Shown here: positions 25,939 through 34,077 of the stretch, piece by piece
How the letters are laid out: each line of letters begins with the position of its first letter
Position numbering within the stretch: the stretch's first letter is position 1
DNA from: Aestuariivirgaceae bacterium
GTDB taxonomy: Bacteria > Pseudomonadota > Alphaproteobacteria > Rhizobiales > Aestuariivirgaceae
DNA: 64,000 bases
Direction of reading: 5' to 3'
Assembly (NCBI GenBank): GCA_036265615.1
Contig: DATAOT010000122.1
Span: 10,526 to 74,525, forward strand
Notes under the pieces: generated by a model
What the model saw: only the letters and a program-made list of their open reading frames with translations
Databases searched by the model: none
Told to the model about the DNA's origin: nothing
Position numbers and translations under genes: made by a program

Positions 25939-27132
25939 ATGGACGGCATCATAGAGGGTGACTGCCTGACCTTCGCCGAGGGATCGGCGACCAGCAACGT
26001 GCTGATCCGCGAGACCATGGACGCGGTTTCGCACCTTCGGGATCTCAAGGTGTGGTTCGGCGTCCTGATCACCGGGCACGGGCTGTCAGGGCGAGGATCA
26101 AAGGCCGGCACCTATGCCGGCTTTCTGGGCGCGCGCGAGCTCGTCGAACGGGGCGAGGCGAGCATTCATCCGGTGCCCTACAGCATGCTCGGCCGGTTTC
26201 TTTCCGGCGGCGCATGGAAAGTGTCAGTGCTCGTTGCGAGCGGCTGCCGGACAGGCGAGCGGATTCGCGTCGGCCCGCATCTCGGAGCGATCGGATCATG
26301 CATTGCGGGGGCGCGGCTGACCATCGTACAGCCGACGACCGAGCTGCCCGAGGTCGCCGGCACGCTGATCGATGCCGACTGCCGCGTGATCGAGCTGCCG
26401 GAAAGCGCAAACCGGCTGCCGGAGCTCGAAGACGTTCAGCCGAGCGCGATCGAGGCGGCGATGGCCTCGCATGTGGCCGTGCTTGTGCCGGACGGGGCCA
26501 CGATCGAGCTCGGAATCGGAGGGACCATCGATGCGGTGGCCCGCGGATTGGCCAACAAATCCCGTCTCGGGGTTCATACGGGCCTCATGTCGGACGCGTC
26601 GCAGTTCTTGATGAGCTGCGGCGCCGTCACCAATTGTCACAAGGCTTTCGAACCCGGGCGCAGCGTCGCTACCGGCCTTCTGGGCAGCCGCGCGCTCTAT
26701 CGCTTTGCCCATCAGAACGACCAGCTTCTGCTCTGTCCTGCCGAGATGACGCATTCTGCAACGATCCTGCAAAACGAGCCGTGCTTCGTCGCGATCAATT
26801 CGGCGCTCGAGGTCGACCTTGCGGGACAGGTGAATTGCGAGGCGGTGGAGGGGCGCTATATCGGAGCGGTCGGCGGGGTGCCCGATTTCCACAACGCCGC
26901 CTACGGCCATCGCAACGGGCGCGCCATCATCGCGCTCGCCTCGCAGGCGCCAAGCGGCCGGTCGCGCATCGTTGCGCGCCTGAGCGGGCCGGCGACGTTG
27001 CCGGCATCGGTTGCCGATGTCGTCGTGACGGAATTCGGTATCGCGTCTTTGCGCGATCGATCATTGGAAGAACGCCGCAATGCGCTGATCGCCATCGCCC
27101 ATCCCGACCATCGCAGGAGGCTTGCCGGATGA
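25939..27132 (+). CDS. Acetyl-CoA hydrolase/transferase family protein (family I CoA-transferase-like)
   Basis: Start at ATG 25939. ExGxxG-type IELGIGGT and GxGGxxD-type GAVGGVPDF motifs. C-terminal SRIVARL...VVVTEFGIASLRDRSLEERRNALIAIAHPDHR resembles the 4-hydroxybutyrate CoA-transferase family. Confidence 0.7.
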   Translation: MDGIIEGDCLTFAEGSATSNVLIRETMDAVSHLRDLKVWFGVLITGHGLSGRGSKAGTYAGFLGARELVERGEASIHPVPYSMLGRFLSGGAWKVSVLVASGCRTGERIRVGPHLGAIGSCIAGARLTIVQPTTELPEVAGTLIDADCRVIELPESANRLPELEDVQPSAIEAAMASHVAVLVPDGATIELGIGGTIDAVARGLANKSRLGVHTGLMSDASQFLMSCGAVTNCHKAFEPGRSVATGLLGSRALYRFAHQNDQLLLCPAEMTHSATILQNEPCFVAINSALEVDLAGQVNCEAVEGRYIGAVGGVPDFHNAAYGHRNGRAIIALASQAPSGRSRIVARLSGPATLPASVADVVVTEFGIASLRDRSLEERRNALIAIAHPDHRRRLAG

Positions 27133-28139
27133 GCGTGCTCAAGCCCGTTGGCGAAGCACTCGGGCCGGTGCTGGCATCGCTCGCGCCGCTGAAGCCGGTA
27201 GAGGTCCCGCTGGCCAAGGCGCTTGGCAAGGTGTTGGCCGAAGATATCCGGGCGGCTTGTGCCCTGCCGGAGCGCCCCGAGGCGCTGCGGCATGGCTTTG
27301 CGGTACCATCACGGTCGACGATCGGCGCGTCGGCAGAGTCGCCGGTCATGCTCGCGACAGCGCCGAGCGAGGTGATGATCGGCGACACCTTGCCCGAAGG
27401 CTGCGATGCGGTGCTTCCGCCTGACGCGATCGGCGCGATCGGTCACGCCGTCGCTGTTACCCAGGCGGCAGCACCGGGCGAGGCGGCGCGGCTCGTCGGA
27501 CACGACATCGCGGCCGGCCGACTCATTGCCGGGCGGGGTGGCATCGTCACAGCCGAGATTCGGCTGATCCTGCAATGCGCCGGAATCGATCGCGTGCGGC
27601 TCGTCGAACCGCGGGTGGCGCTCGAGGGTCAGCGGCTGCCGGCAACAGGCTGGCTCGAGGCCACCCTGGACATGCTTGGCTGCCGCCTGTCCGCCAGCAG
27701 CGATGCCGATATCGCCGTTTCGTGGTCGCATTCGGGCGAGCCGCGGCTTGCGCTTCAGCCCGGTGCAACCGCAAGCATCAGTCCGGGCAATGGCGGAAGG
27801 GTCAGCATCGCACTGCCGCAACGGTTCGACGGATTGATGGCGGGGTTCCTGACGCTGGCGCTGCCGCTGATCGCGGTCCTGTCGCACCGCCAGATCCGGC
27901 TTGAGGCAAGACCGCTCACGCACAAGATCGTCTCGATGATCGGAGCGACGGATTGCGTGCTCCTCGAGACGACGCGGCAAGGATTCAAACCGCTGACCAG
28001 CGGCGAGATCACGCTGGCAGCCCTCGCCGACTCCGATGCCTTCGCGCTGATGCCGCCGGAGAGCGAGGGCGTGCCTGCCGGCCAGCCGATTGCCGCAACT
28101 CCCCTCAATGCCATGCTTGAGGAGCAGACAGCGCCGTGA
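27129..28139 (+). CDS. MoeA-like protein, degenerate (N- and C-terminal MoeA domains recognisable, cofactor-binding domain III motifs missing)
   Basis: ATGA overlap with the upstream gene. MoeA_N-like LAKALGKVLAEDIRA...PERPEALRHGFAV...GDTLPEGCDAVLP. The region aligned to domain III lacks the STGDEL/YDSN/SGGxS motifs. The track ORF 26052.. is an extension. Confidence 0.6.
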   Translation: MSVLKPVGEALGPVLASLAPLKPVEVPLAKALGKVLAEDIRAACALPERPEALRHGFAVPSRSTIGASAESPVMLATAPSEVMIGDTLPEGCDAVLPPDAIGAIGHAVAVTQAAAPGEAARLVGHDIAAGRLIAGRGGIVTAEIRLILQCAGIDRVRLVEPRVALEGQRLPATGWLEATLDMLGCRLSASSDADIAVSWSHSGEPRLALQPGATASISPGNGGRVSIALPQRFDGLMAGFLTLALPLIAVLSHRQIRLEARPLTHKIVSMIGATDCVLLETTRQGFKPLTSGEITLAALADSDAFALMPPESEGVPAGQPIAATPLNAMLEEQTAP

Positions 28140-30082
28140 CGGCCGAGGACCTTACAGCATTCCCGCCTCCTGCTCAGGAGCAGTTCCTGCGCACCCTGTC
28201 GCGCGAGGAGGCGATTGCCGCCTTCAGGCGGGCGCTCAAGCCGAAGCCGCTCGGCACCGAAGAGGTGCCGCTCGGCAGCCTGCTCGGGCGAGTCCTCGCG
28301 AGCGAGGTGGTGGCGCCGGTCGACACGCCTCCCTTCGATCGCTCGGTGGTCGACGGCTTCGCGGTGCGTTCCGATGATCTGCGGCAGGCGTCGCAGACGG
28401 GGCCGGTGCTTCTCGAGCTCAATCAGGAGACGATCGCCTGTGGAGTCGCACCGGCGCTCGCGGTCGAGCCGCACACCGCAACCTATATCGCGACCGGCGG
28501 TCCGGTGCCGCGCGGCGCCGATGCGGTGGTGATGATCGAGCACACCAATCCCGGCGAAGGCCGCTTTATCGCCGTTCATCGCGCGATCAGCCCTGGACAG
28601 AACATCGCCTTCGCCGGTTCCGACATCGCTCGCGGGCAAACGGTGCTGCACAAGGGAACGGTCATCAGCGCGCTCGAGATCGGGATGCTCGCGGCAATCG
28701 GCAAGGCGACCGCAACGGTCTGGCGCAGACCGCGGGTCGCCGTGCTGTCGACCGGCAGCGAGCTTGTGGAGCCGGGCGAAGCGCTGCCGCCGGCGGCCGT
28801 GTACGACTCCAACGGCGCGATCATCGCCGCAGCCCTCGAGGAGAACAATTGCGTGGCGCTGCGGCAGCCGGCAATCCCCGATGACCACAGCGAGATGACA
28901 AAGGCGGTCCGCGCGGCATTCGAATCGTCGGACGCGGTGATCCTGTCCGGGGGCACCTCGAAGGGTGCGGGCGATCTCACCTATCGGATTGTCGAGCAAT
29001 TGGGCAAACCGGGCATCATCGTGCACGGCGTGGCGCTCAAGCCCGGCAAACCGCTGTGCCTCGCGGTATGCGATGCCAAGCCGGTGGTGGTGCTGCCGGG
29101 CTTTCCGACATCGGCGATGTTCACCTTCCATGACATCGTTGCACCGATCCTGCGCATCATGGCGGGCCTGCCGGCGCGCCAGGAAAATACCGTCCAAGCC
29201 ACTGTTCCGGTGCGCGTTCCCTCCGAGCTCGGGCGCGCCGAATTCGTCATGGTCGGCCTGTCGCATGGACCGCAAGGGCTTGTGGCCCATCCGGTCGGCA
29301 AGGGCTCGGGAGCGGTAACGGCCTTCTCGCAGGCCGACGGGTTCTTCGCCATCGACGCCTTGGCCGAGGCGCTGCCGGCCGGGAGCACGGTCGAAGTCAA
29401 GCTGCTGGCGAGCCTCTTGCGGATACCCGAGCTCGTGATCATGGGCAGTCATTGCATCGGACTCGATGCGGTGGTCAGCATGCTGATGGAGCAGGATGTA
29501 AGAGTGCGGATTCTCGCGCTCGGCAGCCTTGGCGGGCTCGCGGCGCTGAAACGCGCCGAGTGCGACATCGCTCCCATCCATCTGCTCGAGCCGGAGACCG
29601 ATGCCTATAACGCGCCATTCCTGTCAGATGAAATGCGGCTGATCAAAGGCTGGCGGCGGATGCAGGGATTGGTGTTCAGGCCAGGCGACAAGCGTTTCGA
29701 GGGCCGGTCGATCGACGACGCCGTGGCAGCTGCTCTTGCCGATCCTCGATGCCTGATGGTGAACCGCAATCAGGGTTCCGGGACGCGCGTGCTGATCGAT
29801 CGGCTGCTTAAGGGGGCGCAACCTCCGGGCTATTGGAACCAGCCGCGGGCGCACAATGCGGTGGCGGCGAGCGTGGCGCAGATGCGGGCCGACTGGGGCG
29901 TGGCGATCAAGCAGGCGGCCGATGCGCTCCAGCTCGAATTCATTCCGTTGGCGGAGGAACATTATGATTTCGCCGTGCTGCGACAGCCGCGCAACAGCCA
30001 AGTGCTGGCGTCCTTCGAAGCGACGCTGAGCAAGGCGAAAGGGCGGCTCGAGGCCCTGGGCTTCGTCATGGAGGAGCACTAG
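28136..30082 (+). CDS. moeA: Molybdopterin molybdenumtransferase MoeA fused to C-terminal PBP-like (oxyanion-binding-type) domain
   Basis: Canonical MoeA motifs (PPFDRSVVDGFAV, VAVLSTGSELVEPG, VYDSNGAII, ILSGGTSKGAGD, HGVALKPGKP). These are followed by a ~230-aa periplasmic-binding-protein-like domain (LVIMGSHCIGLD...NRNQGSGTRVL). Confidence 0.8.
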   Translation: MTAEDLTAFPPPAQEQFLRTLSREEAIAAFRRALKPKPLGTEEVPLGSLLGRVLASEVVAPVDTPPFDRSVVDGFAVRSDDLRQASQTGPVLLELNQETIACGVAPALAVEPHTATYIATGGPVPRGADAVVMIEHTNPGEGRFIAVHRAISPGQNIAFAGSDIARGQTVLHKGTVISALEIGMLAAIGKATATVWRRPRVAVLSTGSELVEPGEALPPAAVYDSNGAIIAAALEENNCVALRQPAIPDDHSEMTKAVRAAFESSDAVILSGGTSKGAGDLTYRIVEQLGKPGIIVHGVALKPGKPLCLAVCDAKPVVVLPGFPTSAMFTFHDIVAPILRIMAGLPARQENTVQATVPVRVPSELGRAEFVMVGLSHGPQGLVAHPVGKGSGAVTAFSQADGFFAIDALAEALPAGSTVEVKLLASLLRIPELVIMGSHCIGLDAVVSMLMEQDVRVRILALGSLGGLAALKRAECDIAPIHLLEPETDAYNAPFLSDEMRLIKGWRRMQGLVFRPGDKRFEGRSIDDAVAAALADPRCLMVNRNQGSGTRVLIDRLLKGAQPPGYWNQPRAHNAVAASVAQMRADWGVAIKQAADALQLEFIPLAEEHYDFAVLRQPRNSQVLASFEATLSKAKGRLEALGFVMEEH

Positions 30083-30097
30083 AGCGTGATGCTCTAG
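30079..30097. repeat. 19-nt perfect palindrome spanning both convergent stop codons
   Basis: CTAGAGC-GTGAT-GCTCTAG. TAG (30080-82) ends moeA-PBP and CTA (30094-96) is the stop of the modE-like gene on the other strand. Confidence 0.5.
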
Positions 30098-30429
30098 CGG
30101 GTGGCATTGTCGAAGATGCGGAGCTGGCGCGCCACGGCTTGGCGCGCCTTCCGCTCCATCGCCCGGTACTCTTGCACGATGGCATGGCCGAGCGGCGTCA
30201 AGGTGGCGCCGCCGCCTTTCTGGCCGCCCATCCGCGATATCACCAAGGGCTCGCGGAAGGCGGCGTTCATGTCCGACACGAGCTCCCAGACCCGGCGGTA
30301 AGACATCGACAGCGAACGCCCGGCCGCAGCAATCGAGCCGTGCTCCGCAATGCGCTCGAGCACGAGCACCTTGCCGGGACCAAGTCTTGCATTGTGGTCA
30401 AGATCAATCCGGATGCTCAGCCTGGCCAT
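30094..30429 (-). CDS. modE: ModE N-terminal-domain-only regulator (wHTH, no Mop/TOBE domains)
   Basis: 111 aa. GSIAAAGRSLSMSYRRVWELVSDMN...GGQKGGGATLTPLG aligns with the DNA-binding half of ModE (..GSISQGAKDAGISYKSAW...GGKGGGGAVLT). The ORF ends before any molybdate-binding domain. Confidence 0.75.
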   Translation of the reverse strand: MARLSIRIDLDHNARLGPGKVLVLERIAEHGSIAAAGRSLSMSYRRVWELVSDMNAAFREPLVISRMGGQKGGGATLTPLGHAIVQEYRAMERKARQAVARQLRIFDNATR

Positions 30430-31103
30430 CGATCACCTGTCCGACCGTTCTCCAGCACGATGACATTGTTGGCTATTCTCGAGACTTCCGCCACATCATG
30501 GGAAACATAGAGGATCGGCACGCGCGCCACGTCGCGCAGGCGCTCGAGCACCGACAGGATCTCCGCCTTGCGGGCGCCATCGAGAGCAGCCAGGGGCTCG
30601 TCCATCAGCAGCATGCAGGGCTCGGAGAGCAGTGCCCGGCCGATGGCAACCCGCTGCCGCTCGCCACCCGACAGGTTCACCGGCCGGCGGGCGAGAATGT
30701 GCTCGATGCCGAGCAGCCCGACCACGCGGTCGAGAGTTATGGCCGGGTCGCGGCGGGCGGCACGCCGGCCTGCGAAAAACCGGCCAAAGAGCAGGTTCTG
30801 CCGGACGGTCAGATGCGGGAAGAGGCGGCCATCCTGGAAAACATAACCCATCCGACGGCGATAGGGCGGCACAAAGACATCGCCGTCCGTGTCCAACATG
30901 ATGCGGCCATCGAAGACGATGCGGCCGCGCTCGGGACGCAGCAATCCGGCTATGGCATTCAGCGCGGTCGTCTTGCCGGACCCGGAGGGACCGAACAGCG
31001 CGGTGGCGCGGCTGTCGGTGCGAAAGGCGATGTCCAGGGTGAAGTCGCCCTGGCGATGATACAGCGTGACCTCGAGACCCTCAGGACGAGACACGACGGC
31101 CAA
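30417..31103 (-). CDS. modC: Molybdate ABC transporter ATP-binding protein (short form, no C-terminal TOBE domain)
   Basis: Walker A GPSGSGKTT, LSGGERQRVAIGRAL, LLMDEPLAALD. Only 228 aa. Sits in the modA-modB-modC order. Confidence 0.85.
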   Translation of the reverse strand: MAVVSRPEGLEVTLYHRQGDFTLDIAFRTDSRATALFGPSGSGKTTALNAIAGLLRPERGRIVFDGRIMLDTDGDVFVPPYRRRMGYVFQDGRLFPHLTVRQNLLFGRFFAGRRAARRDPAITLDRVVGLLGIEHILARRPVNLSGGERQRVAIGRALLSEPCMLLMDEPLAALDGARKAEILSVLERLRDVARVPILYVSHDVAEVSRIANNVIVLENGRTGDRWPG

Positions 31104-31779
31104 CGAACCGCGCCAGGAGCTCGGACCCGATCAGCGCCGCCATCGATATGGCGACCGAGATCAGGGTGAGCCGCATGGCAGCCATGTCGCCGCCCGGCAC
31201 CTGGGTGAACGTGTAGATCGCGGACGGCAGGGTCTGGGTTTCGCCGGGAATGTTCGAGACGAAGGTGATGGTTGCACCGAACTCGCCCATCGACTTGGCG
31301 AAGGACAGGATCATGCCGGCGAGGATGCCCGGCAGGATCAGCGGCAAGGTGACGACGACGAAGACGAAAGCCGGGCGTGCGCCGAGCGTCAGCGCGGCGG
31401 CCTCGAGCCGGCGGTCGACGGCCTCGATCGAGAGCCGGATGGCGCGCACCATGAATGGAAAGCCCATCACCGCACAGGCGAGCGCCGCACCCGTCCAGCG
31501 AAACGAGAAGACAATGCCAAAGCGGTCGGCAAGGAAAGCACCGATTGGAGCCTTTCTCCCGAAACTGAGCAGCAGCAGATAGCCGGTCACCACCGGCGGG
31601 AGAATGAGCGGCAAATGGACGAGCGTGTCGAGCAGGGTCTTGCCGTAGAAGCGACCCCTGGCCAGGAGGTAAGCGAGAGCGAGGCCGACGGGCAAGCTCG
31701 CCGCCACCGCCGTCGAGGCGACGAGGACGCTGAGACGGACCGCCGTCCACTCCTCGCTCGTCAGCCAATCAAGGAGCAC
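31081..31779 (-). CDS. modB: Molybdate ABC transporter permease
   Basis: CysTW/ModB-type permease: LPLILPPVVTGYLLL, EAA-loop region EAAALTLGA, FAKSMGEFGATITFV. Confidence 0.9.
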   Translation of the reverse strand: MLLDWLTSEEWTAVRLSVLVASTAVAASLPVGLALAYLLARGRFYGKTLLDTLVHLPLILPPVVTGYLLLLSFGRKAPIGAFLADRFGIVFSFRWTGAALACAVMGFPFMVRAIRLSIEAVDRRLEAAALTLGARPAFVFVVVTLPLILPGILAGMILSFAKSMGEFGATITFVSNIPGETQTLPSAIYTFTQVPGGDMAAMRLTLISVAISMAALIGSELLARFVGRRVSS

Positions 31780-31790
31780 AGGAGCACCGA

Positions 31791-32609
31791 TCAGGAGCCT
31801 GACGCAGCCTTGTTGAGGATGACGAACCCCTGCCTGTCGAACACGCCCTTGGCATCACCGCCACGCAGGAAATCAAAGAACGAAGCGGCCGCAGGATCGG
31901 ACGAGCTCTTGGTGATGGCGATCGGATAGATGATGGGCTGGTGGCTGCTTTCCGGAAAGGCGGCGAGGACCTTCACCTTCGGATCCGAGATGGCATCAGT
32001 ACGATAGACAATGCCGAGCGGCGCCTCGCCGCGCTCGACGAGCAGCAGGGCCGCCCGTACATTCTCGGCCTGCGCGAGCTTGGTCTTCACTGCATCCCAG
32101 GCGCCGAGCTTCTGCAGTGCGGCCTTGCCATATTTGCCGGCCGGCACCGAGTCGACGTTGGCGATGGCAAGACGGCCGTCGCCCAGCGCTGCCGAAAGAT
32201 CGAGCTTGGGACCGATCTCGACCTTGGCAGTCGAGTCCCTGGGGGCGACGAGAACAAGCTGGTTGCCCAGCAGATTGACGCGCGTGTCAGGTTTAATCAG
32301 GTTCTTCCTGGCGAGATAGTCCATCCAGTCGAGATCGGCCGAGGCGAAGATATCGGCCGGGGCGCCGCTTTCGATCTGCTTGGCGAGCGCGGACGATGCC
32401 GCATAGGAGATCGCGACTTTCCTGCCACCGGATTTGGCACTCCAGTCCTTGGCGATGTCGTCGAGGGCAGTCTTGAGCGAAGCGGCGGCAAATACCACGA
32501 CATCGCGGTCCTGCGCCCATGAGGATGACGCAAGGGGTCCGAGCACGAACACCGCGGCGCAGATCGTCGAAATTGCGAAACGACGCGACCACATCAGCAA
32601 ATTACCCAT
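31791..32609 (-). CDS. modA: Molybdate ABC transporter substrate-binding protein
   Basis: Signal peptide, then VFAAASLKTALDDI...ISYAASSALAKQIESGAPADIFASAD, the canonical ModA N-lobe sequence. Confidence 0.9.
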   Translation of the reverse strand: MGNLLMWSRRFAISTICAAVFVLGPLASSSWAQDRDVVVFAAASLKTALDDIAKDWSAKSGGRKVAISYAASSALAKQIESGAPADIFASADLDWMDYLARKNLIKPDTRVNLLGNQLVLVAPRDSTAKVEIGPKLDLSAALGDGRLAIANVDSVPAGKYGKAALQKLGAWDAVKTKLAQAENVRAALLLVERGEAPLGIVYRTDAISDPKVKVLAAFPESSHQPIIYPIAITKSSSDPAAASFFDFLRGGDAKGVFDRQGFVILNKAASGS

Positions 32610-32628
32610 GGTGATCCTCCTGACGGAC

Positions 32629-32652
32629 CGCTATAGTTAAGCGGAAATAGCG
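32629..32652. promoter_or_regulatory. Candidate ModE operator (Mo-box-like dyad) upstream of modA
   Basis: CGCTATAG-N8-AAATAGCG, with half-sites CGCTATAG / CGCTATTT as inverted repeats. Lies 20-43 nt upstream of the modA ATG. Resembles the CGnTAT-type half-sites of ModE boxes. Confidence 0.4.
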
Positions 32653-32715
32653 CTGCCGGGCAACACCGTCGCACGGAAACCCGGGAACGGCACGGTGCGA
32701 TCCGGCACAGCGCGG

Positions 32716-33924
32716 TCAGGCAGGCAGGGTTGCCGCTGCTCTAGCGCGCCTTTCAGGATGCCGCCGGTCGTTTGCAGGGCAGGCGCGAACAAGCTCCTTC
32801 ATGCGGGCCCATGTGTCGTCCCAGGAGGTGGCGGCAAGATAGTCGTCGACCTCGGCGAGCCAGCGCTCCTTGGGCCGCTGCATGAGAGCGGCAGCCTTCG
32901 CGACGAAGCCCGCCGCATCGCTGGCAATCTCGACGAAGCCTCGCTCGCCGTAGGGTCGGACAACATCGGTGATCGGCGTCGAAACCACCGGCACGCCGCC
33001 AGCCAGATATTCGGGCGTCTTGGTCGGGCTGATGAAGCGGGTTGCCTCATTGATCGCGAAGGGCATGATCGCGACATCCCATCCCGCCAGATAGGCAGGC
33101 AGTTCGCGATAGTCCCGCGGGCCGATCCAGTGCAGGTTGGGACGCAGCGGCAGCGTCGCGGGGTCGATCTTGACCACCGGGCCGATCATGACCAGCTGCC
33201 AGCACGGCCGACTGTCGGCGATGCCGGCAACGAGATCGAGATCCATGCGCTCGTCGATCACACCGAAAAAACCGAGTCGCGGCCCGCCGATCCGGGCCTG
33301 ATCCGGCGGCTCGGTCATCGACCGGCGCGCATTTGCGAAATGCGAGACCTCGATGCTGCTCGGAAACGGGTGAATGTTGTGGTGCCGCCGGCGCTTGGCC
33401 TCATAGAGGCTGTGACCGCCGGTGAAGACCACATCGGCCTTGAGGAACAGCTCCCGTTCCAGCACAACCAATTCGGGTGGGGCGCCGCGAAAGGCTGAGA
33501 GCTCGTCCATGTTGTCATAAACGCAGAGGTCGGGCACAAGGTGACGCGAAAAGGTCAGCGCAAAAGGGGTGTAATACCAGGCGATCAGCTTCTCCGGCCT
33601 GATTTTGCCGAGAAGGCCGTCCAGCAGTTCACGTTGCCGGCGCGCCCATTCGCGCGGCCTGCAGCCGGAGCGAAGCACCGGCACGACCACCGTCACACCG
33701 TTCGAATGCAGCGTTGACGCGAGCCGGGGCGAGCCGGCCGGCTCAAAGACCGGCTCTTCGAAGAAATAGACGTCGTAATCCGCCGCGGCGCGGCTCATCA
33801 GATGCTGCGGCCGCTGATAGACGAACTCCCATCTGAGATGAGACAGGCAAAGAAGCGTCGGGCGGGAGCTCAGTCCCAACACGCGCAACTTGTGCTCCTC
33901 GCTCAGCGAAAAATCTCGATGCAT
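32716..33924 (-). CDS. Glycosyltransferase (GT-B fold, family 1/4-like)
   Basis: Start at ATG 33924. LLCLSHLRWEFVYQRPQHLMSR N-terminus, and a C-terminal nucleotide-sugar-binding-like region (ISPTKTPEYLAGGVPVVSTP). Confidence 0.65.
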   Translation of the reverse strand: MHRDFSLSEEHKLRVLGLSSRPTLLCLSHLRWEFVYQRPQHLMSRAAADYDVYFFEEPVFEPAGSPRLASTLHSNGVTVVVPVLRSGCRPREWARRQRELLDGLLGKIRPEKLIAWYYTPFALTFSRHLVPDLCVYDNMDELSAFRGAPPELVVLERELFLKADVVFTGGHSLYEAKRRRHHNIHPFPSSIEVSHFANARRSMTEPPDQARIGGPRLGFFGVIDERMDLDLVAGIADSRPCWQLVMIGPVVKIDPATLPLRPNLHWIGPRDYRELPAYLAGWDVAIMPFAINEATRFISPTKTPEYLAGGVPVVSTPITDVVRPYGERGFVEIASDAAGFVAKAAALMQRPKERWLAEVDDYLAATSWDDTWARMKELVRACPANDRRHPERRARAAATLPA

Positions 33925-33959
33925 GCATCTGCTCCGGTCGGACGACACACATCCGGCCC

Positions 33960-33986
33960 GAGGAACAACTTGCAACGATGTTCCTC
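33960..33986. other. Perfect 8-bp-stem hairpin in the glycosyltransferase leader
   Basis: GAGGAACA (33960-67) / TGTTCCTC (33979-86) with an 11-nt loop. 36-62 nt upstream of the GT start on the minus strand. No U-tract follows. Confidence 0.3.
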
Positions 33987-34077
33987 ATCGAAGATGCGAG
34001 CGCAAAACGTCATCGCGCAAACTGAGCAGCCAGGAAGGTTGTTCCGAGCCGAGACGGCCTCGCCGAGAGTTCGGCTT

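Noticed and set aside
32610-32715. Possible Moco riboswitch upstream of modA (checked also upstream of the MoeA operon, 25819-25938).
   Set aside because: Both leaders are short (about 105-120 nt) and show no obvious multi-stem conserved architecture. A DNA dyad (Mo-box-like) explains the modA upstream region better. Not verifiable without Rfam/Infernal.
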